A stretch of DNA of 64,000 bases, from assembly GCA_024704765.1 (NCBI GenBank), contig JAKMXF010000343.1, positions 496,001-560,000 of the forward strand. Direction: 5' to 3'. This document shows positions 36,169 to 49,600 of the stretch, piece after piece (the first letter of the stretch is position 1; every line of letters begins with the position of its first letter). This DNA comes from Oopsacas minuta. Taxonomy: Eukaryota; Animalia; Porifera. The translations under genes and the position numbers were made by a program. The notes beneath the pieces were generated by a model. That model was not told the DNA's origin, ran no database searches, and saw only the letters and a list, made by a program, of their open reading frames with translations.

Positions 36169-37040
36169 GACTTGTAAGATGATTGTTTGGGTACGAATAG
36201 CTTCCTCCGAGGTTGCTGGTCACTACGACTAGCTGGAATAGCAATAGAGCTACCTTTTGTAGAGGCGCGTGGTGAAGCTGGTAAGTTGGTTTGTATAGAC
36301 CTGTTTGGTGAATTCTTCTGGCGGTTAGTTGGGAGGGATTGTTTGCCTGGTTGTACGCTAGCTTGTGGTTTGGTAGATGTATTCTCTGGATTGTTTGCGG
36401 GATTTTGTGTATTATTAGTTTGCTTGGCAGTATTCGGGTTAGTAGGTGAATCAGATCGCGTTTCAATTGGTGGATTGGATAGCGTTCTAGTAAGTCTTAA
36501 ATTGGTTCGTGAATTAACTCCCAATTTCGGCTGAGAGGTATTCTTTGGAAATTTAGACTGTGTGCCTGTTGGTGTACTGGGTTGAGTTATTGATGGTTGT
36601 TTATGTGGTTGGTTGTTTGTTACAGTATTAGGTTGTATGTTAGTTGGTGAATTGGTTCGTGATGTTGCTTTGACTAGTTGTTTGTTTGTTGATGTGTTGG
36701 CTTGCCTTGTCGATGGTTTAACGATTGATTTATTAGTTAGTGTTTTGGGTTGTATGTTAGTTGGTGAATTTGCCTGAGCTATTGATGTTCTAGCTCGTTT
36801 GTTTGAAGTCAGATTTGGCAAAGAGACGAGAGGAATATGATTGGGGTTAGAGAATGAATTAGTGAGAGGAGATGGAATTTCAGGAACTGTGGAAATAGGA
36901 CTGAATGTTGAATTCTCGTTTGAAGGACTATAAACAATAAACAAGTTATAAATAATTTCAAGCTTTGATCTTAAAACCAGAGGGGACCCACGAGTGGAAG
37001 CAAAATCGGAATTAGCAATTATTTGCTTTATAAAGGACAT
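36169..37040 (-). CDS. Long S/T/P/N/Q-rich low-complexity exon between the kinesin stalk and the WD40 region
   Basis: 291-aa open frame bounded by a TTAG acceptor and a GTGAGT donor, with internal SPTNIQP repeats. Phases with the neighbouring exons are not resolved. Confidence 0.5.
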
Positions 37041-37321
37041 CTAAGGTCAAACGGTTGTACCCCTCTAACGAAATGTCAGTACTCGCGAATTGTTACATTA
37101 CCAAATACCTAATACTGATATTCGGTTGGCTAAAACAGAACAATTATTCGTCAACAAATACCGAGCTAAAATGGATATTAAATATTTGGTTACCATTTTG
37201 ACATAAGGATGTTCATAGCATTATCCTCAGAGAATTATTCAAATTAATAACTCCCCTAATATAGTGCTGTCAATGAGTTGAAAGAAATCAGATTTCAAAT
37301 ATTCGTTCGTATTTTCGGCTA

Positions 37322-37552
37322 CTCTAGGGGTCCAAATAAACGGGGGTTGGAATATATAGGGGTTTACAATCTCCAAAGCACAGAACTACCTAAGAACTTA
37401 CTACGATAGCTTTATCTAAAACAAATGTACTGATATTCCATAGAATCCAGATAGTTCATAAAACAACCAGTAATATGATGTTGTTGATTTAAGATTTCAT
37501 GTCAATATTCGAAATGTAATAAGCGAAGGGCCGGTTATTCGGACCCCTAGAG
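37322..37552. mobile_element. MITE, 231 bp, TA TSD
   Basis: TA|CTCTAGGGGTCCAAATAAACGG ... CCGGTTATTCGGACCCCTAGAG|TA. Related ends at about 32805-32826 and 38758-38785. Confidence 0.75.
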
Positions 37553-37639
37553 TAACCTCTCTAGCGAGGGAGGAAATTATGGAAGGAGGGGCGGGTATTT
37601 GAGAAGGGGGACAAGTATTCGAAGTAATACGGTATTTAC

Positions 37640-40600
37640 CTTCGGGTAAGAGTGTGAGGTGTAGGAGAGAGTGGAGACAAGGATTCAGATACGATTCTCT
37701 TTACAGGTATTCTAAGAGGAGCTGGTAGCTGAGACATAGCGTGGGGAGCAACAGACTGTACCTTAGTTGGAGATTTAAGAGCACTTTTGGGTATGTTAGG
37801 ATTATTAATGTTTTTAATTGGTTTAGGTTGGATAGCACTCCGTGACGATGGTTTAATCATAGAACTCTTCAAGTTTGTATTAGAAGTGTTTGTCGGTGGG
37901 TTTAGGCGTTTGGAAATTGCAGAGCAAGGTGCAGGCTAAAATGTAGGGGAAATAAATATATACTTTTGGGACTCTGGGTCCATTTTGAGAATTCCACTTT
38001 AGGAAATTACTAATTAAATTTTCGAGAAAAATTAGAACTTACATTTGATCCCAAAACTGGTTTATTAGCAGAATTGCATTTCAATTTTTGAGAAATCTGA
38101 GGAGAGCTTTTTTCTTCACTTTGAGTTATCAAATTATTCTTCGAGATTAACTTAACATAAGTAGAATCATCTGTGCTGTAACAACGTCGGATTCTAGAAG
38201 CATTCACAATTAAATCATTATTCATTATATTCAGTCAGTACAGCAAATAAATTGAATACGTCAAAATTTAGACGAAGGACATCTCAGATCATTAAGGCTT
38301 CTCCATATAGGAACTGTGTACTAAAGTCAGAACGGAAGCTCATACCAAGGTTTCGGAACAAAGGTACATGCTAAAATGTAAATCCGTTTACATCAATCCC
38401 CCGATGATATACAGTGGATGTGCGCTAAGAGAATACCTTTGGAAGTATAAAATAAGTTCTTATAACCGACATAATATTAAAATGAGTACATATATGAGAA
38501 GCGTTTTCAGAATATGGTTCTTACTTCCGGTATGTTCTTACTAGAGGTCGCAACGTGACGAATTTTTCGACCCAAGGCATTCAGGTCCAAGCCCGGACCG
38601 ACACATAGGCGACATAGCCAATAACATGGGTTAGAATATTATATACAATTTATAGAAATATTTATGAACTAAATCGTACAGTCAGAAACTGTGTTAAATG
38701 CAAATTTCAATGATATTTTAATAAAATAGTAAAAGGAATGAAAGGAAAAGATTTAATGGCCGATTATTCGGAACCCTAAAGTATAGACCCGAAGCCAGAA
38801 GCTCAAACTCGGCCCGACGACTACAAGCCCGAGCCCCGCCCGAGTCAGAACGGGTCTCGGGCTCGGGTTGGGCTTGCTATAATCGGGATCTACTGGAGGG
38901 ATTAATTATAATCATAAACCTTGTAGTGTCCAAATTATCTTTGGAAAGTATAATTTGATTTTCGATGAAGTCCTTTATCTCCTCCATCTTAGTAACACTC
39001 TCTGATAGCTGCTTCATCGCACAGTTCAGTTGCTCTTCTTCTAACAATTTAACCTTATTTACAACTCCATCATATATTAGACATAGAAACAATAACTCCA
39101 AAGCGCGTTTAGCTCGTCTCTCATCCATAGGAGTTACATAATTAGCAACTTCCTCGGGTATTCTGGACCCAATAACTCTCTTCACTTCAGGTAGTATCGC
39201 CTTTACATCTTTGCCTGGTCCATAACCTTTATACACTTCCCTCTAAAACGGAATATTAGGAGATAGATAATATTTGAAACACAATGTAAACTCCACAAAC
39301 AGGGACCCGAAAATGGAAATTAGTTTTACTGTTTGTAAAGGTTCATTTACGTATATGAAGCTTGGAATTCGCTCTCTTTATCATCCACTCCGTTTCCACA
39401 GGTCCTGTCCTCGGAGGTTACACTGTATCTAGCACACTTGATAATTAAATGAATACAGTAGGGCAGCTTAGTGACTTTATGTCTACACCAAGGACAAAAG
39501 CATCAAACCTTTCTATATATTACGCATAAGCATAGTCCCTGATTTTGGATAGGAACCACTTCCACTTTCGATCCCTTCTGGCCTTTTTGAAAAGCGGCTG
39601 TCTGCTAATTCGCTGATACACTATAATCTCTTTAAATCTCATCGATTCTTTTGATGCTGATTACTAACCTATTGGTCGATTCGATGAGATTTCAAGAGGT
39701 TATCGCTTCTGGTGTGTATCGGCGAATTAGCATACAGCCCCTATTTAAAAAGGACAGAAGGGATCGAAAATGGAAGTAGTTCTTATCAAAAATCAAGAGC
39801 TCTGGTTATGGGGAAACATGTAGAAAATGTTTGGCGCATGTTCACCCAAAATATGATTTAAGCTGACTAACTGATAGAATAGATGTGTAGAATGTTAATG
39901 ATGGGTAATCAAGGTTCTTGAGACAGCCTCTAGTTCCATTATAAATTTACATTAGGAAGTGTAATATTTGTATAAAATTCTATGTAAAAACAGCTAGATC
40001 TCAGGTACTAATCTATACACCAAGATTATTATCTGAAGAATAAAATCAACGGAATGACGGACATCGCACATCGTCCACACCAATAGGACATAATGCTGCT
40101 CTTAAATGGAACAAAATCAATCGATGAATTTAAAGGAGAATGGCTATCTGTCATTAAGCGTTTGAGGAAATACTCTTATAACATATACGTATATATACAG
40201 ATTGAAATTATACATAATACAACATTAATAGTATTACCTGAGATTTCTTACTAGGTGTGGGTTTTTTCAAAAGCTCCTTCTTCTTCGCAGTCACCTGTTG
40301 AATGACTCGTTTCTCAACCATCATTCTTATTTGTTGAGAAACCTCTGATTTGTTGAGAAGATGAGTAACCATCTTTTCGATGATTTCAATAGATTGTGCA
40401 CGATCTTTTTCAGACTGTTCCTTCGATTCACGGAGTGAAGGAACCCTTGGTGGTCCCATCTTCTTCACATTAGTTTTGCCTGGTGAAGTAGCTTTCTTTT
40501 CTTTCTTGGAAGCAGCTGTGAGAGCTGAAACATTCTTGGTTAATTCTTTAATTTTCTTAGTTAATGTAGATTTGGTTTCTTTTAGGTCTATACTTAGTTT

Positions 40601-43600
40601 TGAACATTCTTGAGTTATACTAGTCACCTTCTTTTTACTATCTTCTATTAATTTATCCTTTTTCCCATCCTCAGTTTTATATCTTTTAACTAACTTGTCC
40701 ATCTCACGCACTTTATCTTTATTAATATTTTCTTCTTTCTCACATCTCTTCTCAAAAGTCTTGATTTGTTTTGCTTGTTCGATTTTGATAGTCTCCATTT
40801 TATGCATCTAAAATATAATATGTAAAAATGTCCAGCCTAGAGTGCAGCTCGGGCCTCTGGGTCATGTTTTTATCAATGAAGCCAATAATCCTGTTAATGG
40901 TAAATGTTGCTCGGCCGCGGGGACAGAGGTATGTACGGACGTCGCACATAGTCCATACCATTGCAGTAAATATCTAAAATTATGATCTGTGATAATAGTA
41001 TAGTATATTAATCCAATTACTTTGAAGTAGCACTATGTATGTTGTAATCAAATTTAATCTTCCATAGCTGTAATGCCTCCAATTAATTGTGCCGCTTAAA
41101 ATTCATAGACGTACATGCTGTCAGTACAGATTGTGATTTTATATTTTTGCTCACTCGCACTATATTTCTAAGCGGATATTTAAAAATAAATAAATATTAG
41201 CAAACAAACAGTTAGAATACACATTCCTTGACAATTGGTGAAAGGGGAAAAATCCCAGGACTGCTGGCAGGTATGCGTGAAAAGTGGCCCAATTCCAACT
41301 GCGTTTCCTTATCCATAAAGATAATACTATAGCATGCTATAAATAATTACAGTCAAACTTGTCTATAACGGATACCGAATGGATTGGCCGAAAGTGTCCG
41401 ATATATATACAGGTCACTGATATAGAGAGGTTGTCCGTTATACACAAGTATGGTAGTAACTTTATGTTAATGGTGGTGATATAGACAAGTTGGCCTTTAA
41501 GACAAGTGACCGATATTAAGATAATATAGTGGAAGTAATTAATGATGGCTACCCAAGGGACTTGTCAAAGGTAGACCTTATGAGAGATGATAATGTGGAC
41601 GTTAGATAAAGGGACAGGCCATTAGATAGAGGTAGTTTCTAGACAAGTTTAGCGGCAGTAAGTGACTAAAATGGCGGCCGCTATAGAGAGACCATCATAA
41701 TGAGAAATCGGAGGGGACTGATTTTAGGTAGCCGTTATACAGAGGTAGCCGTTAAGCAGGTTTGACTGTATATTTTCCGCTTAATTAACTCTACGTGCGC
41801 ATAACATTAAGCAGAGTTAAGTTCAATAAACAAGTTAAATACTTTTAAGCTTAACTTACAGTAACTTTCAAAGAGGCTGACAAAGCTTTTCTTTCAACTT
41901 CGGATTTTTCGAAAGCTTCTTTCCATTTCTTAGCTCCCTGGGCTAAATATAACTCTTTGTTAGCAGCTTCTCTTCGCTTTGCCAATTTCTTCTCCTCTTC
42001 CAGATCCTTAGTCAGTTTTAAAACTTTCTTTTCAAAATCTGCGAGTTTAGTCTTGGCATCGCCTTGCTTCAATTTGTTCTTACATTCCCTAAGTTCGTAT
42101 TTATTCGTATCCATTTCTTTCTCCATTACTTGGATTTTACCCTAAATATATTTAATGATTTTTCACAGTTCGTTTCTATAGAATATCTTAGTGGTGGTTA
42201 CCTCTAAATCTCGAATTCTACCACGAGTTTGTTTTGTGAGTATTACATTATGTTGCTTGTCTTTTTCAATTAGCACAAGTAACCCTTTTCGAATAGTAAT
42301 ATCTTCCATTATTGCAGCTACATCGGGGTTCCAGATGGCTATGAGAAAAAATAATAAAATAGCAAAAATATGACATGAATAAATTCTTATTAACAAACAT
42401 TTAGCTCTGCTTAAAGGGTCATTTCGGGAACAGATAATATTGACGCGATTAACCGAAATAAGATGTTGGCATTCTTTACTAAATAAAATTTATACTGTGG
42501 TCTGCGGCTCTAGTAAGCGGAATATGCTAGAGTGATGTTCAAAAGAGATGCGCATCAATATTACGCACTTCCTGTAGATTTGGAATCAATATAATCCCAA
42601 TGTACTTATGAACGAGTGCGAGCGAGAGAGCAAAACTAGCACTCTTTTGTCAATACTACAGTAGCATACTGTATGCTAGAACAAATATTGATTATACAAC
42701 GGATTCTGCGGTTCCTGGCAAAGACAACTGAGGAAATCGGCCGGCAAGGCCGGCAAGTACAGATAAAGCAAACAGACTTCACATATGATAGCAATCTCCG
42801 TTAGTAGTGGCCGAAACATTTCGAAGCAGGTGCGAGAAATTTTCATTTTGGCCCAAAATTATTTCCAATAATATGTAATATTAATGAATTTCTAGAGATC
42901 CTAATTCACGGAAAGAAGAGACAAATTTTCTTGAAGAAATTTCAAATTTGCTGTTTGTTCAACATTTGGCCTTGTAAATGACAGAATATCGTTTCATAGT
43001 AATACCTTATGAAAAGTTTTCATCATTCTATTTGCAAATGTTATATAGACCACCTTTCGGCTGGATAACTACCTCCCTCTAGCCAAGAGAAAGAGATCGA
43101 GAATTAGAGAGGAATATTTTGGCGGAATTAATTTAATAATGTACGCCGCGCGGAGGGACAGACGGACGTAGCACATCGTCCATCCCATTAGGGCATCTCC
43201 CTATAGGAGCTGCACTAATAATCGTCTGGGATGCAAACCCTACTAATTAACTTACTATTATTTGGATCAGAAGGATCAAGGTCTTCAACGTCACTATCAG
43301 TCTCATATGAATCTCTATCAGAAGAGCTGAAATAATCCAGATGAAGAGGATAGACAGGTTCGTTGTGGGTACCTTCAATGGTTGATTCCTGAAAATGGAC
43401 GCTAGCTCCTTCTGTTACAGCATTATTAATCAATTCACCCTGAACAGCTTGATCTTCCTCGGGGAGGGATGAAATTAAGTCTCCATAAGGATGAGGTTGT
43501 GTTTCAGAGAGATCGAAATTTCCAACTTCTTCATTATCAGATTTAATTTGTTGTTGTGGTACACATATTTCAGCTGGTTTTGGTTGGGACTGTTGGGAAT

Positions 43601-46600
43601 TCTCTTCAGAATATTGTTCCTCAATAACATGCAGAGTATTTATTAGATCACTTTGACTACCCTCAGATTCATTACTAGAAATTGCTACATCTCGTAACGA
43701 GTTTTTGGTTGTGGTTCGTGAAACAGGTTTGAGGAAGATCTCGTCCGGACTATCTGGATCATCGCTGGGATGCGTTGTATTTTGGGATTGTTGCTGAACA
43801 CTTGTGGTTGTATCAATTTCTCTTTGGGAATCTTCCTTTTCTTTCAATAATTTTTGAGCTCTCTTTCTATCGTGTTGTACTTGAGCTTTATGCATCATTA
43901 CTAGAACTTCACCTGAAGCATCAGCCCAATCGGATGCACTATACAATGAATGTTCTTGTTCATCATTTGATATTGTTTCAGATAAACTTTTGGAGTCTTG
44001 TGTTTCCTTCAGAGATGCCCTAGCTCTCTTCCGATCGTGTTGTACTTGAGCTTTTTGCATCATTACTAAAACTTCACCAGAGGCATCAGCCCAATCGGAT
44101 GCACTATATAAAGGAGTTTCTTGTTCATCATTTGATTTTGCTTCTGATAAACTTTTGGAGTCTTGTGTTTCCTTCAGAGATGCCCTAGCTCTCTTCCGAT
44201 CGTGTTGTACTTGAGCTTTTTGCATCATTACTAAAACTTCACCAGAGGCATCAGCCCAATCGGATGCACTATATAAAGGAGTATCTTGTTCACCATTTGA
44301 TTTTGCTTCTGATAAACTTTTGGAGTCTTGTGTTTCCTTCAGAGATGCCCTAGCTCTCTTCCTATCGTGTTGTACTTGAGCTTTTTGCATCATTACTAAA
44401 ACTTCACCAGAGGCATCAGCCCAATCGGATGCACTATATAAAGGAGTTTCTTGTTCACCATTTGATTTTGCTTCTGATAAACTTTTGGAGTCTTGTGTTT
44501 CCTTCAGAGATGCCCTAGCTCTCTTCCGATCGTGTTGTACTTGAGCTTTTTGCATCATTACTAAAACTTCACCAGAGGCATCAGCCCAATCGGATGCACT
44601 ATATAAAGGAGTTTCTTGTTCACCATTTGATTTGGGTTCTGATAAACTTTCGGAGTCTTGCGTTCCCTTCAGAGATGTCCTAGCTCTCTTCCGATCATGT
44701 TGTACTTGAGCTTTATGCATCATTACTAGAACTTCACCTGAAGCATCAGCCCAATCGGATGCACTATACAATGAATGTTCTTGTTCATCATTTGATTTTG
44801 GATCTGACAAACTTTTGGAGTCTTGCGTTCCCTTCAGAGATGCCCTAGCTCTCTTCCGATCGTGTTGTACTTGAGCTTTTTGCATCATTACTAAAACTTC
44901 ACCAGAGGCATCAGCCCAATCGGATGCACTATATAAAGGAGCTTCTTGTTCATCATTTGATTTTGGTTCTGATAAACTTTTGGAGTCTTGTGTTTCCTTC
45001 AGAGATGTCCTAGCTCTCTTCCTATCGTGTTGTACTTGAGCTTTTTGCATCATTACTAGAACTTCAGCTGAGGCATCAGCCCAATCGGATGCACTATACA
45101 ATGAATGTTCTTGTTCATCATTTGATTTTGTTTCAGATAAGCTTTTGGAGTTTTGCGTTTCCTTCAGAGATGTCCTAGCTCTCTTCATATCGTCCTGTGC
45201 CTTAGATTTTTCTATTATGGCTAGAACCTCACCTGAAGCATCAATATAATCAGACACACTATACAAACTGGATTTTTGTTGTTCAACATTTGATTCAGAT
45301 TGTTTCTTATCATTTCCATTCCTATCCCGAAATTGCTCAGCGTTGTGTAGTTGCTCAGCGTTGTGTATTTGTTCCTCCAGTTCTTGTTTGATAGTTCCTT
45401 CACCAGAAGTACTAGCATTATCAGATGCATTTACCAAACTGGAATCATTTTGCACCATTGAATCTGCCCCTGAAAATTGTAAATTATCTACAAATTCCTG
45501 TCGTGTTTGGTTTCCAAGTTCTACTTGATGTACAGATGCTTTTTGCTCAGAGGTTACTTCCTCAACAGAAGTATGGGTATTGGGATCTAGAATTAATGCA
45601 CCTGATCCCTTTCGCTCAATAGATTTTATTACCTCTGAATCTCTCCTATAAATCTTCTTTTTACTAAAAAACTGTTTTGATATGAAAGTTGAATGCAATT
45701 CCTCAGCCTTGTGCATTACTGCTATAGCCTCAGTGGAAGCATTATCAAAATCAGTAGGATTGAATAAACACATAGATTCTTGTCTTGGTAATGGACAAAA
45801 GTCTCTAGATTGTGTTGACATCTTAAAATGCTTCGACCTAAAATGACATATAATCGAGTACAAATATATCCAAATTTCTCAGGACTAAAACGAACATTCG
45901 AAATCGTAACGAATGGATAATTTTCTAAATGAACGAGTATTCAAGCAATTAACACTTCAACGCAAAATATAAGAATAATGTCCAGCTGACAGACTGGGAG
46001 TGCAGCTCGGAAATCTGGGTTATGTTTTTATAAGATTAGTTGTCAGAAACAAATTCTCTATATCATTAAAAATGTAAGCATAACCTATGGCCTAACGGAA
46101 TGAGGAACGATTAATGAGATGATAAACCATGTAGAAAAAAATTTGAAAAAGTCAAAATTAGAATCTCATGCTTAATTCACCATGATCAGCTGTTGAAAGG
46201 AAATTTCTCCCAAACATTATTAGTCAGGTGGCTTAAAATCGAAATTTAGCAAAAAGAAAAAGCTGGACAAAAATCTTTTTATACGTAATATTCATGGCCC
46301 GGTGATCAAAATTTTGCCCGACCTCACATCGGACGGATACATTTTCGATCCAAAATTTGCATTTTAAATAGCGGCTGTCAATCCGCCGATACACTTCGAG
46401 CGATAAACTCCTCAAATCACATCGAATCAACTTTTACCAGCAGATTCGTACTCAGCATCAAATTTCCAACGATGGGCCACTTGACCATATTTTGGGATAA
46501 TTTCCCTAGCAACGCAGGAATGTAACAACATTCAATTCTCAAAATATGTCCTAACTCCCATCGAGGGACTCATCGATCGACGCCACTAGGCTAGATGAGT

Positions 46601-49600
46601 CTAGTTATACACATATCGACACTCTAAATCTATATTATTAAATCCCAATTGTTTTGTTTGTCCATTGTCGAGGATTTACAGTATGCAATTTTGAAATTGT
46701 CGCATAACTATGTATTTACAGTGTTTATCAAGGAAGTAAATATAATTCAATAAAACTTCGCGTTGCAAGCAATATGTTTAGTAATAGCAATGTAAATGAT
46801 GAAAGGTTCCAACATTAAAGTTAAAATCAATACCTCTTCCGTTTCCTTTTTGGTTTTGGTTTCAGTATGTAGTCAGGTAGAGACTCGTAAAACATCTGAA
46901 ATAAATAAAAATAACCATTAACGATAAGATGCATCCGTGAGCGTGACATACAGTAAGACTATACATGAGTTACATGGGGAGCAGTCAACCTGTACTAATG
47001 ACCAACTCGTATCAACTCTACCAGTTTTTTAGTTAATTTGTACAAGTTTTTACGAGTTGACATGGTACGGATTGACCTGGCACAAGTTGGTGGCTAGTAC
47101 GAGTTGGCTTGTGGTAGGAGTTGACTGGCAATCATATATTTGATATGAATACTACCTTTCTTTTATCAATATCTTCTTGAGCAAGAGATAGAATATCCTC
47201 TGTCATTGGTTGACTTTCAAGTCTTTGGAATAGTACTTCTTTCTTCTTTCTATACTCGTTTAATAAAGAGTAGTATTTCCGGCGTTGATACATCTCTAAC
47301 CTGTACATATCAAGCAATAACCATTAATAGATACAAATTCAAGAAAGTATTCGTAGAATAGGAATTATAAATAAACCTAGTTAATACGAACATCAACGGA
47401 AGGTCAAAATTTGTTCCCTTTATCCCGAATTCGTATTAAGTGGAGTAATACCAATTGAATAACAAATAGGGAACTGCTGATTTTGTATAAATATTTGTTC
47501 GTCTTATTTGGAAATTCGTAATAAGTAATAACCGTGTTAGTATTAAAAGGCTTCCACTTTATTCTACAAACTTAAGCAAAGATTAGACGTGATCGGACAT
47601 GACTTATTGATTACCATCGACGTGAAATGTCAAAACAAACGCATGACAGCCGTCATGGCACAATATTCTGTGATTTACAAGGCCAAACGTGCAAGAAACA
47701 ACAATTTTGAAATTTCTTTAAGAAAACATTGGCGTATGAGACCCGTGGAAATTGGGACGGCTGAGCAGCATATAGCCAAACTTAAAATTTTCGAAATTTT
47801 CGATTTGGGGCTGCCAGGAGAAGATCCAGCAGATTCTGATTTACCGACCAGTGTAGTGAAAAGTGGGGGATGTCACCCCCCACAAGGTACGCTCCTGGTA
47901 AATGGTAATTATCTGTATCAACAAACAAAATCAAATGACAGTGACCCACTTCTGTCTCCTAGGATATCATGGATGAGAAATGAGAAACAAGAAATTAAAA
48001 TTACATAGCCTAACAATGAATCTTACTCTAATTCTTCGTTCTTGAGATGGGAGTCATGAAGGAGTTGCGTTAATTTTGTATCTAATTCGTCTTCGTCTTT
48101 AACTAGAACATTAAAATATATGAAGTTTAGAATTCTAAGTTGTATATACGTTATACGTGATCTATTTGAAAGTATCGTACGTCTAAGTCAATCTCGAAAT
48201 AGGACAATTTGACACCGTTAGACTTGAATAAACTTCATATTAATAATGTATATATAAATTACTCAAGTATGCTGATAGCTATCATAAACAATTAGAGAAC
48301 TACTGTTTTCATGTTAATTACTCCACCAAATATATGAACATCTATGTTAAAATATGGAAATGAAGAGATCTTGCTGATTTATACGCTCGATACAAGTAAA
48401 ACACGAATTTATCATTACCTTTATATCTTATCTTATTCACATCCAATCTTGTTTTATAATCTGCCAGCTGGCGAGAAATCTTTTTGTTTGCTAAGTGTAG
48501 AGATTTTATTGTAGCCTCCATCCTAGACAAAGTATAATATAATGATGAGTTGATATACCAGGTAATAAAGCGTTCAGCAAATTGCCGTTAGAGGACAAAC
48601 TAGGATTTACAAGGATTCCAGGTTCAGACAGGGGCCTAGCGGAACACCGGGAAGCGGAAGTTCCTGGTGGGCCGGATTCATAGGGACCATAGTTATTGGG
48701 ACAGACCGGGGCCTGATCAATATATATGGGCCGCTCTGATGATTTTTCCCGACCTGCCGCCACCCACTAATCTGCCCTGGGTTTAGGATTCACTCGAAAT
48801 TCGCACATTTTCTCTGAGTTATAAATTCAAGAGTAACAAAGTAAGAGATAAGTATTTCACACAATAGGACTCAAATATAATCGCTTACTCTTCATTCTTT
48901 TGAAGACTGATAAAGTTTTGAACCTCCTGGTATTGAGCAACAGGATTGACTGATGATTTATGTTGTGGCAATAACCGCTCATTAGAAGGAGTACAAGGGG
49001 TAGATGTATCGGAGGGAGGTACTGGAGTAACTGATAGAGTATCAGGGTCACATGAAGTAGATCTGTCTTCTAACTGATCAGCTGTTTCTTCTGCTTCATC
49101 TTCTGCTTCCACTTGCATACCCTCTGCTGCGCCCTACAAATAACAGAAATAAAGCATTCAATAGCTAAGTTCGAGAATGGAGAGTTATGATGTACAGTAG
49201 AACTCGGATAGTACACACTAAATATGTTTCACGAAAGGTTACGTCTTATCCGAGTTAAAAATATATATAAAGCGGTGAGTATTGTATATTAATATTGGTA
49301 ACTGGACACTACGTTGCTTCGGAAATTAGTACCAGGACTTTTCGTCGCTCGGGCTTTGTCCCCTTGAAGATACACTTCGCATCATAAATCTTGTCTTTAT
49401 CGGATAATTTCTGAAATTTACAATTTGCCTATGTAATTATGGTGGGAATATATTCCGACGAAAGTATTAGCAACGAATTTCCCGTAAAAACTATCAATAC
49501 AACTACTTGTTTATAAGATCATGTTTACAATATGAATCTTACACAAGTGCAACGCTTCAAACAATTTTGTAGTTTCTCTATCTGCTCCTTTAACAAAGAT

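Noticed and set aside
37102-37129. 28-bp micro-exon that would bridge two kinesin-locus exons
   Set aside because: The phase fits, but the sequence resembles a dispersed GAATATCAGTATTC repeat also seen near 12645-12690, so it is not reliable.
5071-45622. Many short ORFs antisense to real genes (e.g. 5071, 9309, 12104, 25088, 28146, 36187, 40380, 45343)
   Set aside because: They are shadow frames of coding sequence on the opposite strand with no independent motifs.
46215-46560. Possible non-autonomous relative of the Transib element
   Set aside because: Only short word matches (GTGGCTTAAAA, CGTTGCTAGG). There is no intact CACAGTG end or 5-bp TSD.
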